A stretch of DNA of 64,000 nucleotides, from the NCBI RefSeq assembly GCF_006345805.1, contig NC_042998.1:146134001-146198000 (forward strand). Reading direction: 5' to 3'. Under the pieces are notes generated by a model. That model made no database searches. It was not told the DNA's origin and saw only the letters and a program-made list of their open reading frames with translations. The number at the start of each line of letters is the position of its first letter. Position 1 is the stretch's first letter. Below are positions 27,350 to 39,050 of this stretch, in pieces. This DNA comes from Octopus sinensis. Lineage: Eukaryota. The position numbers were made by a program, and so were the translations under genes.

Positions 27350-28931
27350 TTCAAATTACGATGAAAGTAAACAAACAAATGAACGAAGTTTGCTTTAGAA
27401 GCATTGAGATGTCTTAGAATGTTAAAGAAGTGATTTTTTTTTTTTATTCTCAAACGTATGCTAGTGCTAATAATATAACCTGAACAGGATAAACTACCCC
27501 TATTTTACAGAAAAAGTGTTGGCGGCCAGCTATGAGACTTGAACTTACACCCCCGTGATTACGTGTTGCAGATTATATATATATAGAGCAGTAGTAGATA
27601 ATCAGTAAATATACAAATATATGTGCTGGCATGTATTCTAGATAAACATGTATCTCATCCGGTTACTGAAAATGATGCTGACCTACCACCTCTTGAAAGA
27701 TCCATTTACATATTCTTTTTTTTTTTATCATTATTATTATTCTACTGTCTAGTTTGTACTTTATATAGCAAGCAATAACAATTGAAAGGCTGGAGAGTGT
27801 AAAGAGGTGAGGTGCAGCATCTTTTTTGACAATCTATCAAGACAGGAACTATGTTTCAAGATCCCTATTTGAAAGTGAAAATGAACAAATTATTTTTTTG
27901 AAAGGTTTGTGTAAATAAGATATATACAGTGAGTGAAAGCAGATTTTGTTGCAAAAAGAAAACTTCCCAAATATATATAGGCTTTCTACAGAAGACTAGA
28001 AATGAACATCTTTTGTATGATGGTAATGCTCATTTACAATTACCATGTCATGTTGAGACAACGGTACATATATACATACATAAATATGCATGTTTTTATA
28101 TATATATGCAACAGGCTTCTTTACATTTCCATCTACTAAATTCACTTTGGTTGATCCAGGGCTATAATAGAAGACTATAGTACCCAAGACACTGTGCAGT
28201 GGGACTAAACCTAGGACTATATAGTCAGAAAGCAAACTTCTTAACCATGCATCTAAACACACACACAAAGCAACAGACTGCTGAAAGACAGGAAGCTGCA
28301 TGGTTTTAGTCTCAACCACACTGCCATTTGTCTCACTTGACAGATTACAACGATGTTTTTGTAGTTCAATATAAACACACTTTTGCTCCCTAAATAAAAC
28401 TGTCTTTCTCTTCTCTCTCCCCCCCTCTCTCTCTCACTCCCTTTCCCCTTGGATGAACCATTAATGGGAGAAAGGGATTCTCAGCTGTAAAAATAACAGG
28501 AACTCCCTTCTATATAAGTAAATATTAAAGTAAATAGATGAATAATAACTTTGAACAGGCAACAAATTTTAAAATATTTAAATTTTAAATCATAGTATTT
28601 TTATATCACAGGGTTTCACTTCTAATAAATGCAGCTGAGCTGAAGTGACATAGTTTTGGTTTAGTGCTGTCTTTCAGGGCAGTGGGGGATCAGAGTGGGG
28701 CATAAATAAGAAACAAGTGAATAAAACTTGCAGTAAAGTTTTAATTGAAACTTCTTATGTGTTAACATCATTATCATTTAACGTAGGAGTGGCTGTGTAG
28801 TAAGTAGCTTGCTTATAAACCACATGGTTCCGGGTTCAGTCCCACTGCCTGGCACCTTGGGAAAGTGTCTTCTACTATAGCATCAAGCCAACCAAAGACT
28901 TGTAGTGGATTTGGTAGACAGAAACTGAAAG

Positions 28932-29118
28932 AAACCCGTTGCACATTTATGAAAATAAACAAAAGACGAAGGCAGGTGGAGTACAAACAAATAATGTATT
29001 AGTATGGTCCTCAGGAATAGAAATAAAACAAGTCTTTTACGTTTCAAGCCTATGCTCTTCGACAGAAAGATATACAGAAAAGAAACAAGGAGAGAAAAAA
29101 ATTGCGTGTAGGGGCTAA
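28932..29118 (-). mobile_element. ~190-bp hammerhead-bearing insert nested in a SINE
   Basis: Interrupts the SINE at its internal (TA/TG)n. The - strand at 29033-29070 reads TCTTT CTGTCGA A GAGC ATAG GCTT GAAA CG TA AAAGA. Confidence 0.6.
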
Positions 29119-29285
29119 CGATCCAACATATATATATGTGTGTGTGTATATGTTTGTGTGTCTGTGTTTGTCCCTTAACATCGCTTGACAACCAATGCTG
29201 GTGTGTTTACGTCCCTGTAGCTTAGCGGTTTGGCAAAAGAGACCGATAGAATAAGTACTAAGCTTACAAAGAATAATTCCTGGGG

Positions 29286-31436
29286 TTAGTTAGTTAGTTA
29301 GTTAGTTAATTTGGCTCAAAAGCAATTAGCAAGGCCATGTAGGGGGACATGGAGTTAAGTACAGGGTGGTGTTCATGTAAAGAGTTCAGGCCACTTGAGG
29401 TCCAGGGAGGCTTTGAACAAAGCGGTCGTCGGCATCTTCACCATCTCGTCTGGCAGCTTGTTCCATGGATCCGCAACCCGGACGGAGAAAGCTCCTCTCC
29501 TTCGATTGAGATGAAATCGTCGCAGGTAGAGCTTTTCGGAATGACCCCGCAGCCGACGCTCTGGAGCAGGAATGAAGAACAGCTCTTTCGAGAGGTTACA
29601 CTTTCCGCTTATGATGTTGTGGGCGAGAATGAGATCACCATGGCGGCGGCGTTTTTCAAGAGAATAAAGGTCGAGCGTCCTCAGCCTTTCTTCGTAGGAC
29701 AAATTTTTGAGACCATGAACCATGCGGGTAGCCAGCTTCTGGACTCTTTCGAGATGCTGTATGACTTTGAGGAGATGAGGAGAAGAGGCTTGAATCCCAT
29801 ACTCCAATATGGGTCTCACCAGCGTGACATAGAGTGGTAGGAATATGGCTGCCGTGAGCATTCCGAATGACCGTCGAATCAAGAACAGAATTCCACGTGC
29901 TTTGTTGGCAGCATGGACGCACTGGGCCGAAGGCGAAAAGGAGGAATCCACCAAGATACCCAGGTCCTTTACCTGATCGGTCCTCTCCAGCAGCAGACGA
30001 CCCGGCTCGAAATCAAGTTGAGTTGCAGGAGTAGAGCCGACAGGCAGATGACAGCACTTTGACACGTTCAGACACAGGTCCCAATCGTTAGACCACTTCC
30101 AAATTTGGTGGAGGCATCGATGAAGATCCTCTATATTACCGCGAGGAGCGACCAGTTTGATATCATTGGCAAATAGAAGGGTGTGTTGCGTGAGGTCGTC
30201 GGGCAAGTCATTTATGAAGACTAAGAACAACAAGGGCCCAAGCACTGAACCTTGAGGCATGCCACTGCTCGCACTGGAGACGTTGGACCGCGAACCATTA
30301 ACTTGGACTTGGAAGGAGCGATCTGAGAGGAAGGCACCAACCCATCGTACAATATCCGGATGGAAACTATATGCTTGAAGCTTGACAAGTAATAGGCGGT
30401 GGTTTACCGAGTCAAAAGCTTTGGCAAAGTCCAATAAAGCGATGTCAACAGCATCACTATCATCGAGGATGCGCGTCACCAATTCTTCCATTACTAGTAA
30501 GTTGGTCAAGCATGATCTCTTCGGCACGAAGCCGTGTTGGGAATCAGAGATAGAGGCTGTGTTTAGGAGGTGGAGCATCATACTTTTTTTAAGGATGGTT
30601 TCGAACATCTTGCTGATTATTGATGTAAGGGAAACCGGTCGGTAGTTAAGCGGGTCTTCGCGACTCCTTCTTGAAAATTGGGCAGATTATCGCTGTTCTC
30701 CAGTCTGCAGGTATAACACCCGTCGCCAATGACATATTGAATAGTCGTGTTAAGGGCTCGCAGATGACCGGAGCCAACGCTTTGATAACCCATGGGTGTA
30801 TGCCGTCAGGGCCGTGACCCTTGTTGACATCGAGGCCTTGAATAACACGTTTGACTTTGTCCCGCGTGATGACCAATCGAAGCATTGGAGGTACCGATCT
30901 ATCAAATGGAGGGGGTTCACGACCATCATCTTGTTTGAAAATAGTTGAAAAAGCCTCGGCAAATAATTGACTCTGTTGATAAGGGTCCTCAATCGATACG
31001 CCTGTTGAGTCTACCAACGTTGCAATCTGGTTGTTCAAGCGGGAATTCCGCTGGACATGGGCAAAGAAGGTTTTTGGATTGCTACTGGCATTTGCCACGA
31101 TTTTGTATTCATAACTGAAGCGTTCTTTCTTTTCAATTTTCACGGCTCAGTCTCGTTGAGTTTTGTACACCTCAAAAGCTGCAGTCGAATCCAGATTTTT
31201 GAATTCAGCCCAAGCAATATCTCTGAGTCGACGTTCTCATTTAACCTTCTTCGTCACCCAGGGCTTGTGTTTCTTCCTCTTGGGAAGCCCAACGGGAACT
31301 GCCTGGTCAGTCAAACAGATTACATATGCTTTGAGGGATGACCATAGTTCGTCAACTGAGGACAACATCATCAGGGATCGCCAGTCCAGAAGCGCGGAAG
31401 CCTCGGTTAGAATTTCAAGATTAATTGCAGAGAGAA
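29286..31436 (-). mobile_element. CR1-clade LINE, 5'-truncated ORF2 (RT), antisense in MOB1 intron
   Basis: QHGF...LLDFAKAFDSV...GMPQGSVLGPLLFLVFINDLP...LFAND motifs; (AACT)n 3' tail at 29286-29308; two TGAs (~31143, ~31235) and a frameshift near 30650. Confidence 0.93.
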
Positions 31437-31559
31437 GTGAGAGAGAAGTGGAGGGAAGGGGGAAAAGAGAGAGATCGAGGAAGAAAAGGTGATATCTGAA
31501 AGAGAGGACTGAAAAATGAAATATTTTGAAACCTAAAGATGATTTGTTTTAAGAGAAAG

Positions 31560-31680
31560 ATTCTCATGATTGTGTGGTGGTGGTGAGGTGTCAGGGTGGA
31601 TCCTCAAGATAGGAAGAGAGTAAAAGTGAGTGGGGATAGAACAGGAAGGGCGAGAGGGTAGAGGTTGCAAGGTGGTGATG
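31560..31680 (-). repeat. CT-rich dispersed repeat (probably old LINE), inverted relative to 34700-34800
   Basis: The reverse complement of gatcctcaagataggaagagagtaaaagtgagtggggatagaacaggaagggcgagagggtagaggttgcaag recurs at about 34705-34780 on +. Confidence 0.6.
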
Positions 31681-32139
31681 CTAATTCTCTCTATGAATGC
31701 AGACAGACATAGAGAGAGAGAGTGACAGCGCTGGCGAAAGGCAGCAGAGGAAAGATAGTAGACGCTATCAAACGACGTTATAGAGAGAAAGTGAAAGGAA
31801 TGGAGGAAGACAGGCAGATAATAGAACGCGATGTCGGCGGGGGAAAGATAATAGATGCTGTGAAACATTATAGAGAGAAGGTGAAAGGAAGGGAGGAAAG
31901 AGAGTGAGAGATGGAGAAAGACAGACACATAAAAGAATGAGAGTAGACTTGTCAAAGTGTGCGTTTTTGGCCCTAGCAACAACACCTTTTAAGATGGGGA
32001 TTTCTAACCTAGCCCACTCGCATCCTCACCTCATTTTACATGTCCCTGTAAATTTTGGAGTCAATCCAACAGGATCTATTGGCCTTTAACCCGTTCTCAA
32101 TGCCAAAACCAGACAAACTTTTTGCATTTCAGAATTATA

Positions 32140-33600
32140 ATATATATATATGTGTGTGTGTGCGTATATATGTTTGTATATATATGTATATATATATGTA
32201 TATATGTGTATATGTATATATGTATATATATGTATATATATATGTATATATGTGTATATGTATATATGTGTATATATATATATATATGTATATATGTGTG
32301 TATATGTATATATGTGTATATATATATATATATGTATATATGTGTGTATATGTATATATGTGTGTATATATATATGTGTGTATATATATGTATATATGTA
32401 TGTATATGTATATATGTATGTATATGTATGTGTATATATATATATGTATGTGTATATGTGTATATATATATGTATGTGTATATATATATATGTATGTGTA
32501 TATATATATGTATGTGTATATATATGTATGTGTATATATATATATATGTATGTGTATATATATGTATGTGTATATATATATATATATATGTATGTGTATA
32601 TATATATATGTATGTGTGTATATATATGTATGTGTATATATATATATATATGTATGTATGTGTATATATATATATATATGTATGTGTGTATATATATATG
32701 TATGTATGTGTATATATATATATATATGTATGTGTGTGTATATATATATATATATATGTATGTGTATATATATATGTATGTGTATGTGTATATATATATA
32801 TGTATATGTGTATATGTATGTGTATGTGTATATATATATATGTGTATGTGTATATGTGTATGTGTATGTATATGTATATATATATGTGTATCATGTGTAT
32901 ATATATATGTGTATGTGTGTATATATATATGTATATGTATGTATATGTGTATGTGTATATATATGTATATGTGTATGTGTGTATATATGTATATGTGTAT
33001 GTGTATATATATGTATGTGTGTGTATATATATGTATGTGTGTATATATATATATGTATATGTATGTATATATGTATGTATATATGTGTATGTATATATGT
33101 ATATATGTGTATGTATATATATATATATATGTATGTATATATGTGTATGTATATATATATATATGTATGTATATATGTGTATGTATATATATATGTATGT
33201 ATATATGTGTATGTATATATATATGTATATATGTGTATGTATATATATATATATATATGTATGTATATATGTGTATGTATATATATATATATATATGTAT
33301 GTATATATGTGTATGTATATATATATATATATATATGTATGTATATATGTGTATGTATATATATATATGTATGTATATATGTGTATGTATGTATATATAT
33401 ATATATATATGTATGTATATATGTGTATGTATGTATATATATATATATATATATGTATGTATATATGTGTATGTATGTATATATATATATATGTATGTAT
33501 ATATGTGTATGTATATATATATTATATATGTATGTATATATGTGTATGTATATATATATATGTGTATGTATATATATATATATGTATGTATATATGTGTA

Positions 33601-33631
<31 letters not shown>

Positions 33632-33935
33632 GTATGTATATATATATATATGTATGTATATATGTGTATGTATGTATATATGTGTATGTATATATATATA
33701 TATGTATGTATATATGTGTATGTATATATATATATATATGTATGTATATATGTGTATATATATATATATATATATGTATGTATATATGTGTATGTATATA
33801 TATATATATATGTATGTATATATGTGTATGTATATATATATATATATGTATGTATATATGTGTATGTATATGTATGTATATATGATATATGTATATGTAT
33901 GTATGTATATGTATATATGTATATGTGTATATATA
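32140..33935. repeat. ~1.8-kb compound (TA)/(TG)/(TATG) microsatellite with higher-order units
   Basis: Almost uninterrupted purine-pyrimidine alternation. Confidence 0.98.
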
Positions 33936-35236
33936 TAATGAGTACATAGTGGTTTGGGTGTTGCACTCCTGATCATATACCCAGTTGGTTCAATGTGTTC
34001 TTCAGCAAAACACTTCATCCCTGGTTGCTCTGGGGTTACTTCGGTACCTTATGTGTTGTACATCATGCACCTGTTTGTGCAACATGAGTTTGGAGTAAGC
34101 TTATGTGCAGTGCATACATTTGATCACTATAAACAAATTATTTGTGTGGGTTGTTCAGCAAAAGCTGAACACTTATATATCATCTTTGATAAGAGATTCT
34201 ATTACACATACACACACACAAACTTTGGAATGTAAGGTAAGATTTCATCTTGACATTAATATTTTGTAATGTTTTTTAACCCACACATCCACACCTCCTG
34301 TTCACCACCACCACCCCTCTGTCTCCTGTTTCGTCACCACCATTATTATTAAGGAAGCAAGCTGGCAGAATCATAACCATGCTAGACAAAATGCTTAGCA
34401 GCATTTTTTCCAGCTTTTTTCTGAGTTCGAATGCTGGTGTCAGTTGAAAAATGAGGTCCATGTAATCTTAAATTGCTGGCTTTATACCAAAATTCAAAAC
34501 CTTTCCTATTATTATTACTATTCAACTGCTCCATTCCCCTTTTCTCTACTGTCAATCACTGGTCACCTCTCAACCCTACCCAATTTCTACAGTTGTCACC
34601 TACACTTCCCTGCTTGCTTATCATACCTCACCCTTTTTTTTCTTCACTATACTCCCTCTCTTACTCATTCTCTGTTCCTAACCATTCCTCACACCCCCAT
34701 ACACTCTTGCAACCTCTACCCTCTCGCACTTCCTGTTCTATCCCCACTTACTTTTACTCTCTTCCTATCTCAAGGATTCACCCTTACACCTCATCACCAT
34801 TTTTATCTTTCTCCAGATTCACCCCAGCTACTCCCACCCTCTCTTCTACAATGTAACTGTGAAGCTAGTTCCCTTTCCCCTTGCTGCAAGAAACCTGTTG
34901 TATTCTGGCTACATATCTCACTACTTTATCTCCTCACCATCCCATAACATAAAGCTGCCATCTTCTCTACTATAATTCCCATTTAGTTGAAGAGGGTCTT
35001 AGTCTTGCAGGCTGCATAGTGACATGCTGTAAAGTGGTTGGCATTGAGAAAGATATTCAGTAATAGAAACCATGTCAAAGCAACTATTGGAGCATGAAGC
35101 AGTCTTCAGATCCATCTCAAAGCATCCAATGTGTGCCAGTATGGAATATGTTTGTTGAATGATGATGATGATGATGATGGTGGTGACTGTTGTTTTAAAT
35201 GCTTAATTCTAACTCTTGCTTCTTTTTAAATTTCAG

Positions 35237-35464
35237 CTGTTGATTTCTTTAATCAAATTAACATGCTATATGGAACAATCACAGAATTTTGCACAGAAGA
35301 GAGTTGTGCAGTAATGTCCGCCGGGCCAAAATACGAGTACCACTGGGCTGATGGTCAGACTGTGAAAAAACCAATCAAGTGCTCAGCCCCAAAATATATT
35401 GATTATCTGATGACCTGGGTGCAAGACCAGTTAGATGATGAAACATTATTTCCATCTAAAATAG
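35237..35464 (+). CDS. MOB1: MOB kinase activator 1, coding exon 3 (228 nt)
   Basis: tttcag|CT GTT GAT...AAA ATA G|gtaaat. Encodes TVDFFNQINMLYGTITEFCTEESCAVMSAGPKYEYHWADG...DDETLFPSKI; phases match both neighbours. Confidence 0.97.
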
Positions 35465-37364
35465 GTAAATCATTTACATCTTCTATCAATAAGAATTGTT
35501 ATTCCCACCCATGCCAGCATGGAAGGTAGACATTAAACAATGATGTTTGATGTAAAAAAAAATAATAAAATCTTTTGAGAACCTAACCAGAATTAATAAC
35601 CATATGAAAAATGTCTTCTTGTATGGATCTAAATAAATTAGTTCAACAAACGACCTTACATACCTCATTTATTTCATTTTAATTTTATTAAGGCACAGGC
35701 ATCGATATGTGGTTAAGAAGTTTGCTTTCCAACCACGTGGTCTCAGGTTTAGTCCTGCATGGCACCTTGGGCAAGTATCTTCTCTTTTACTATGGCCCCA
35801 AGCTGACCAAAACCTTGGTAGACAGAAACTGTTTTGTGTGTTTGCATTTACTTGACATTACATGCCTGTTGTAGATGAGTCTCACAGTCAACAAGTGATG
35901 TTAATCTGGAAAAATATGTCTAGTCATGGGAAAATATTACCTTGCTTGGAAACAGGAAGGGACTTGAACTATAGAAAATCTACCTCATTAAACTCTACCC
36001 ATCCTATGCAACCATACAAAACAGTGGGTGTTAAAACAACAATGGTGTTGATGATGATGATTCACTAATTATTTTCACTTAAATTAGGCATCAAAATATA
36101 TGTAATGTTTTGTATTTTATGTTAAATTGTTATTAGGATGTGTTGTAGTGCCTTTAGCATTTTTTTAGGCTCTTTTATAATGTGGGTTAGAAGTTGAAGG
36201 GATTGTTGGAAAGATATAGTTACAGAGGTGTTGGAGGTTTGTGCTGTTGCATAACCCCTGGTCAACTATGAAACAGCAGACCTAGAATCAGTCTTTCCAG
36301 ATACAACCATTCCTTGGTGGTGATTGGTGGGGGATATATCTATGACTTCATTATCAATGTTCTTTCTTTATTTCAGACAATTTCAGGTAGATTTAGCTGC
36401 TATTTTTAGCAATTTAAGTGACAGTGTTGAGCTTCTTTGTTAAGTGCATCAAGCAAATTTAAAGTGGGAGGTGGAGTATATTAGGGGAAGAGAAAATAGA
36501 AGGCTACAAATGATAAGTCAAAGATTGTCAACTGTTTGGAAATGGACATGATCTTATCATTTGACATCTATATTCCATGCTGATATATGTTGGATGTTTT
36601 GACAGGATTCAACCAGTCCAAGGACTGTATCATGTTCCATTTTGACATTAGGGAGAGCATCCAGCCATGGAAACTAGGACTTCACAATGTATACTTTTTT
36701 CATACCACCAGCACTAATGAAACTGCCATGCAGCTCGTACAACTACAAATCCCCAATAGAGGCAGCTAGATGAGGGGTTAAAATATGAGGGAAGGAGCCA
36801 AAGCAGAACAATTTTCTTGTAAAGAAGCTACATGGCTACCTACATTTTAGAAGAGAGGGTGAGTGATCAGGGTAGAGCTGGGAATAACACTTAAGATATG
36901 AGGTGAGTAGAAGTGGAAACAGAAGAACCAGGGAGTGCGGATGAGTTGAAATTGTAAGAGTGTTTGGAACAGTGATAGATGGAGAGAGGGTAGAGGGTGA
37001 AAATAATGAATGAAGAACAAATGTTGAGTGGATAAGTAAGAGAAGCAGAGAATAGTACGTGGCAACTGTAGTGATTGGACAGGGTTAGTGGAGATAGTTT
37101 GAGTAACCAATGAGGCTGAAGAGTAGCAGAATAAGAGTGATGATATATTTTTTTTAAATTTTATTTAAAAGTTGTCTTCGATGTGTAAACTAAGATTACC
37201 AATAGCACAAAGGTACTCATAATACCAGTCACTTAATCCATTAATTGAAATAGTTTTCATCATTAAACTGAAATTTGAAACCTTATCCTGTTAATCAAAA
37301 GTCTAAAAGTCACTTAACCTCTTATAGATTATTGTTAATGTCACTTCTTTCCTTCTTCTTACAG

Positions 37365-37606
37365 GTGTACCATTCCCAAAGAATTTTTTGTCAATAGCAA
37401 AAACTATTCTGAAACGCTTGTTCCGAGTGTATGCACATATTTATCACCAACATTTCAGGGAAGTGGTGCAGCTGAGTGAAGAAGCCCACTTAAACACATC
37501 GTTCAAGCACTTCATATTCTTTGTCCAGGAATTTAACTTGATAGACCGTCGTGAACTTGCTCCACTGCAGGAACTTATAGACAAACTAACCAGTAAAGAA
37601 AGATAA
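37365..37606 (+). CDS. MOB1: MOB kinase activator 1, last coding exon (242 nt incl. TAA)
   Basis: cttacag|GT GTA CCA TTC. Encodes GVPFPKNFLSIAKTILKRLFRVYAHIYHQH...HLNTSFKHF...LIDKLTSKER*. With a 14-nt first exon the total is 651 nt, i.e. 216 aa. Confidence 0.97.
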
Positions 37607-38452
37607 ACACCACTAAAATGCATGCATACAAACACAAACATAGACACTGGCACAAACACTTTCAACATGTTGCTACACCCGTAAACCAAAACTTATGCCA
37701 TTCTTTCCTCCAGATTTTAAGCTGTGAGACTGAGCAAAAAAAATTAATTAGAAAACTTTTTTTTTCCTTCTGGAGGTAACAGATTTACTCAAGCTGAAAA
37801 AAAATAAAAACAAAAAAAATTGCAGGCAAGGGATTATCATGGGCAAGGGATTATTTTTATTGCATTCTTTATATACACTGCTGTTCCTGAAGAGGAAAGA
37901 ATGAAATGGTAATAGTGGTGCCAACATAGGCCTCTAAAAAACACTGACAGATTGTGACGGAACTCTGATGCATTCAGTGTAATTCTTTGCTTATGCTGTG
38001 TGCTAAAACTTGAGTTTTTCTTTGTAATACGCACATAAACACTCACACACACACACACATATATCCATTTAGCTTTAATCTCTCAATAACAGACACAACG
38101 TGTAGTTTTTCTGCAAATGTTTATTTATATGCCTTTTTTTTAAATAAGTGTAAAATTCATAAGATTTTCAGCTTTCTGTTCTTCTTGTTTGATCCAAGTT
38201 TTAGTTTTTGTTTTCTAAATTATAATACATATTTAAAATTCTAAGTAGGAAATTTTCTCCCGTTTACTTAACATGTATGTGTGAGTCTTGGTTTGATTTT
38301 TTTTTTTATTCCTGTTTTTTATTTTCGTTTTTTTAAAGAAATTTTCAAGACATCTGATCCAATCTCAATATTTTTTTTCATCTTGAGTTTGTTTCTAGAT
38401 TTATCAGCAACCAGATATAGATTGCAAACTGTGAAAGCCAGTGTAGGTATTT

Positions 38453-38491
<39 letters not shown>

Positions 38492-39050
38492 TATTTTTTA
38501 TTTGTAGTAGATTAATTATTCTACCGAAGATTTCATGCAGAAAGTTCTGCAATGTTTTGAGAGCTCCACATAAGAATGTTGATAATTGACCTCTTTATGA
38601 AGATAGTCTCATCCAACATTCTTAGGTAGACCATTTGAAAAATTGTAAAATGTTTTGCATGAAACCATTAGTAGCATTGTTAATCCTCAAAAAAAGAATA
38701 TTTATTCACCAAATGCAGTGTTCATCACTGTCATATATATGTATGCATGTGTGTGTAAGATTGTTTCTATGTACATGTCCAACAAGAGAACGGTGAAGTC
38801 GTTTTAGTATATCATTTCTCTTGTTTATCAGCTTTTTTATTTTTTTTATTTATCAACTCAAAAGAATTATAGAGTTCTCATTCTAAAGCTTGGAATCTAG
38901 AGTGAGTTTGCATGCTTTGTCTACAAACTTCAGTTCTGCCCCCAGGCAAACCAACAGCTACTGTGAGAAAATAAAAATGAATAAATACAACATACATTTC
39001 TAAGAGATCTATGCTAATATTTCAACAAATTTACAAAAAAAAAAAGAAAA
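37607..39050 (+). other. MOB1: Probable MOB1 3' UTR; candidate poly(A) signals AATAAA at 38970-38975 and 38980-38985
   Basis: Transposon-poor, U-rich stretch after the stop codon; the end point is a guess. Confidence 0.4.

Noticed and set aside
31354-31365. CTGATGA on the - strand as a hammerhead core
   Set aside because: It lies in CR1 coding sequence with no stem II/GAAA/stem III arrangement. Other isolated CTGA(T/A)GA hits (e.g. 3476, 40402, 54307, 55713) were rejected for the same reason.
32055-34018. ORFs of 265-627 aa rich in Y/I/C/V/M/H/T
   Set aside because: They are translations of the (TA)/(TG) microsatellite, which lacks stop codons in these frames. The same applies to the short ORFs at 56446-56935, 58753-59354 and 59702-60465.
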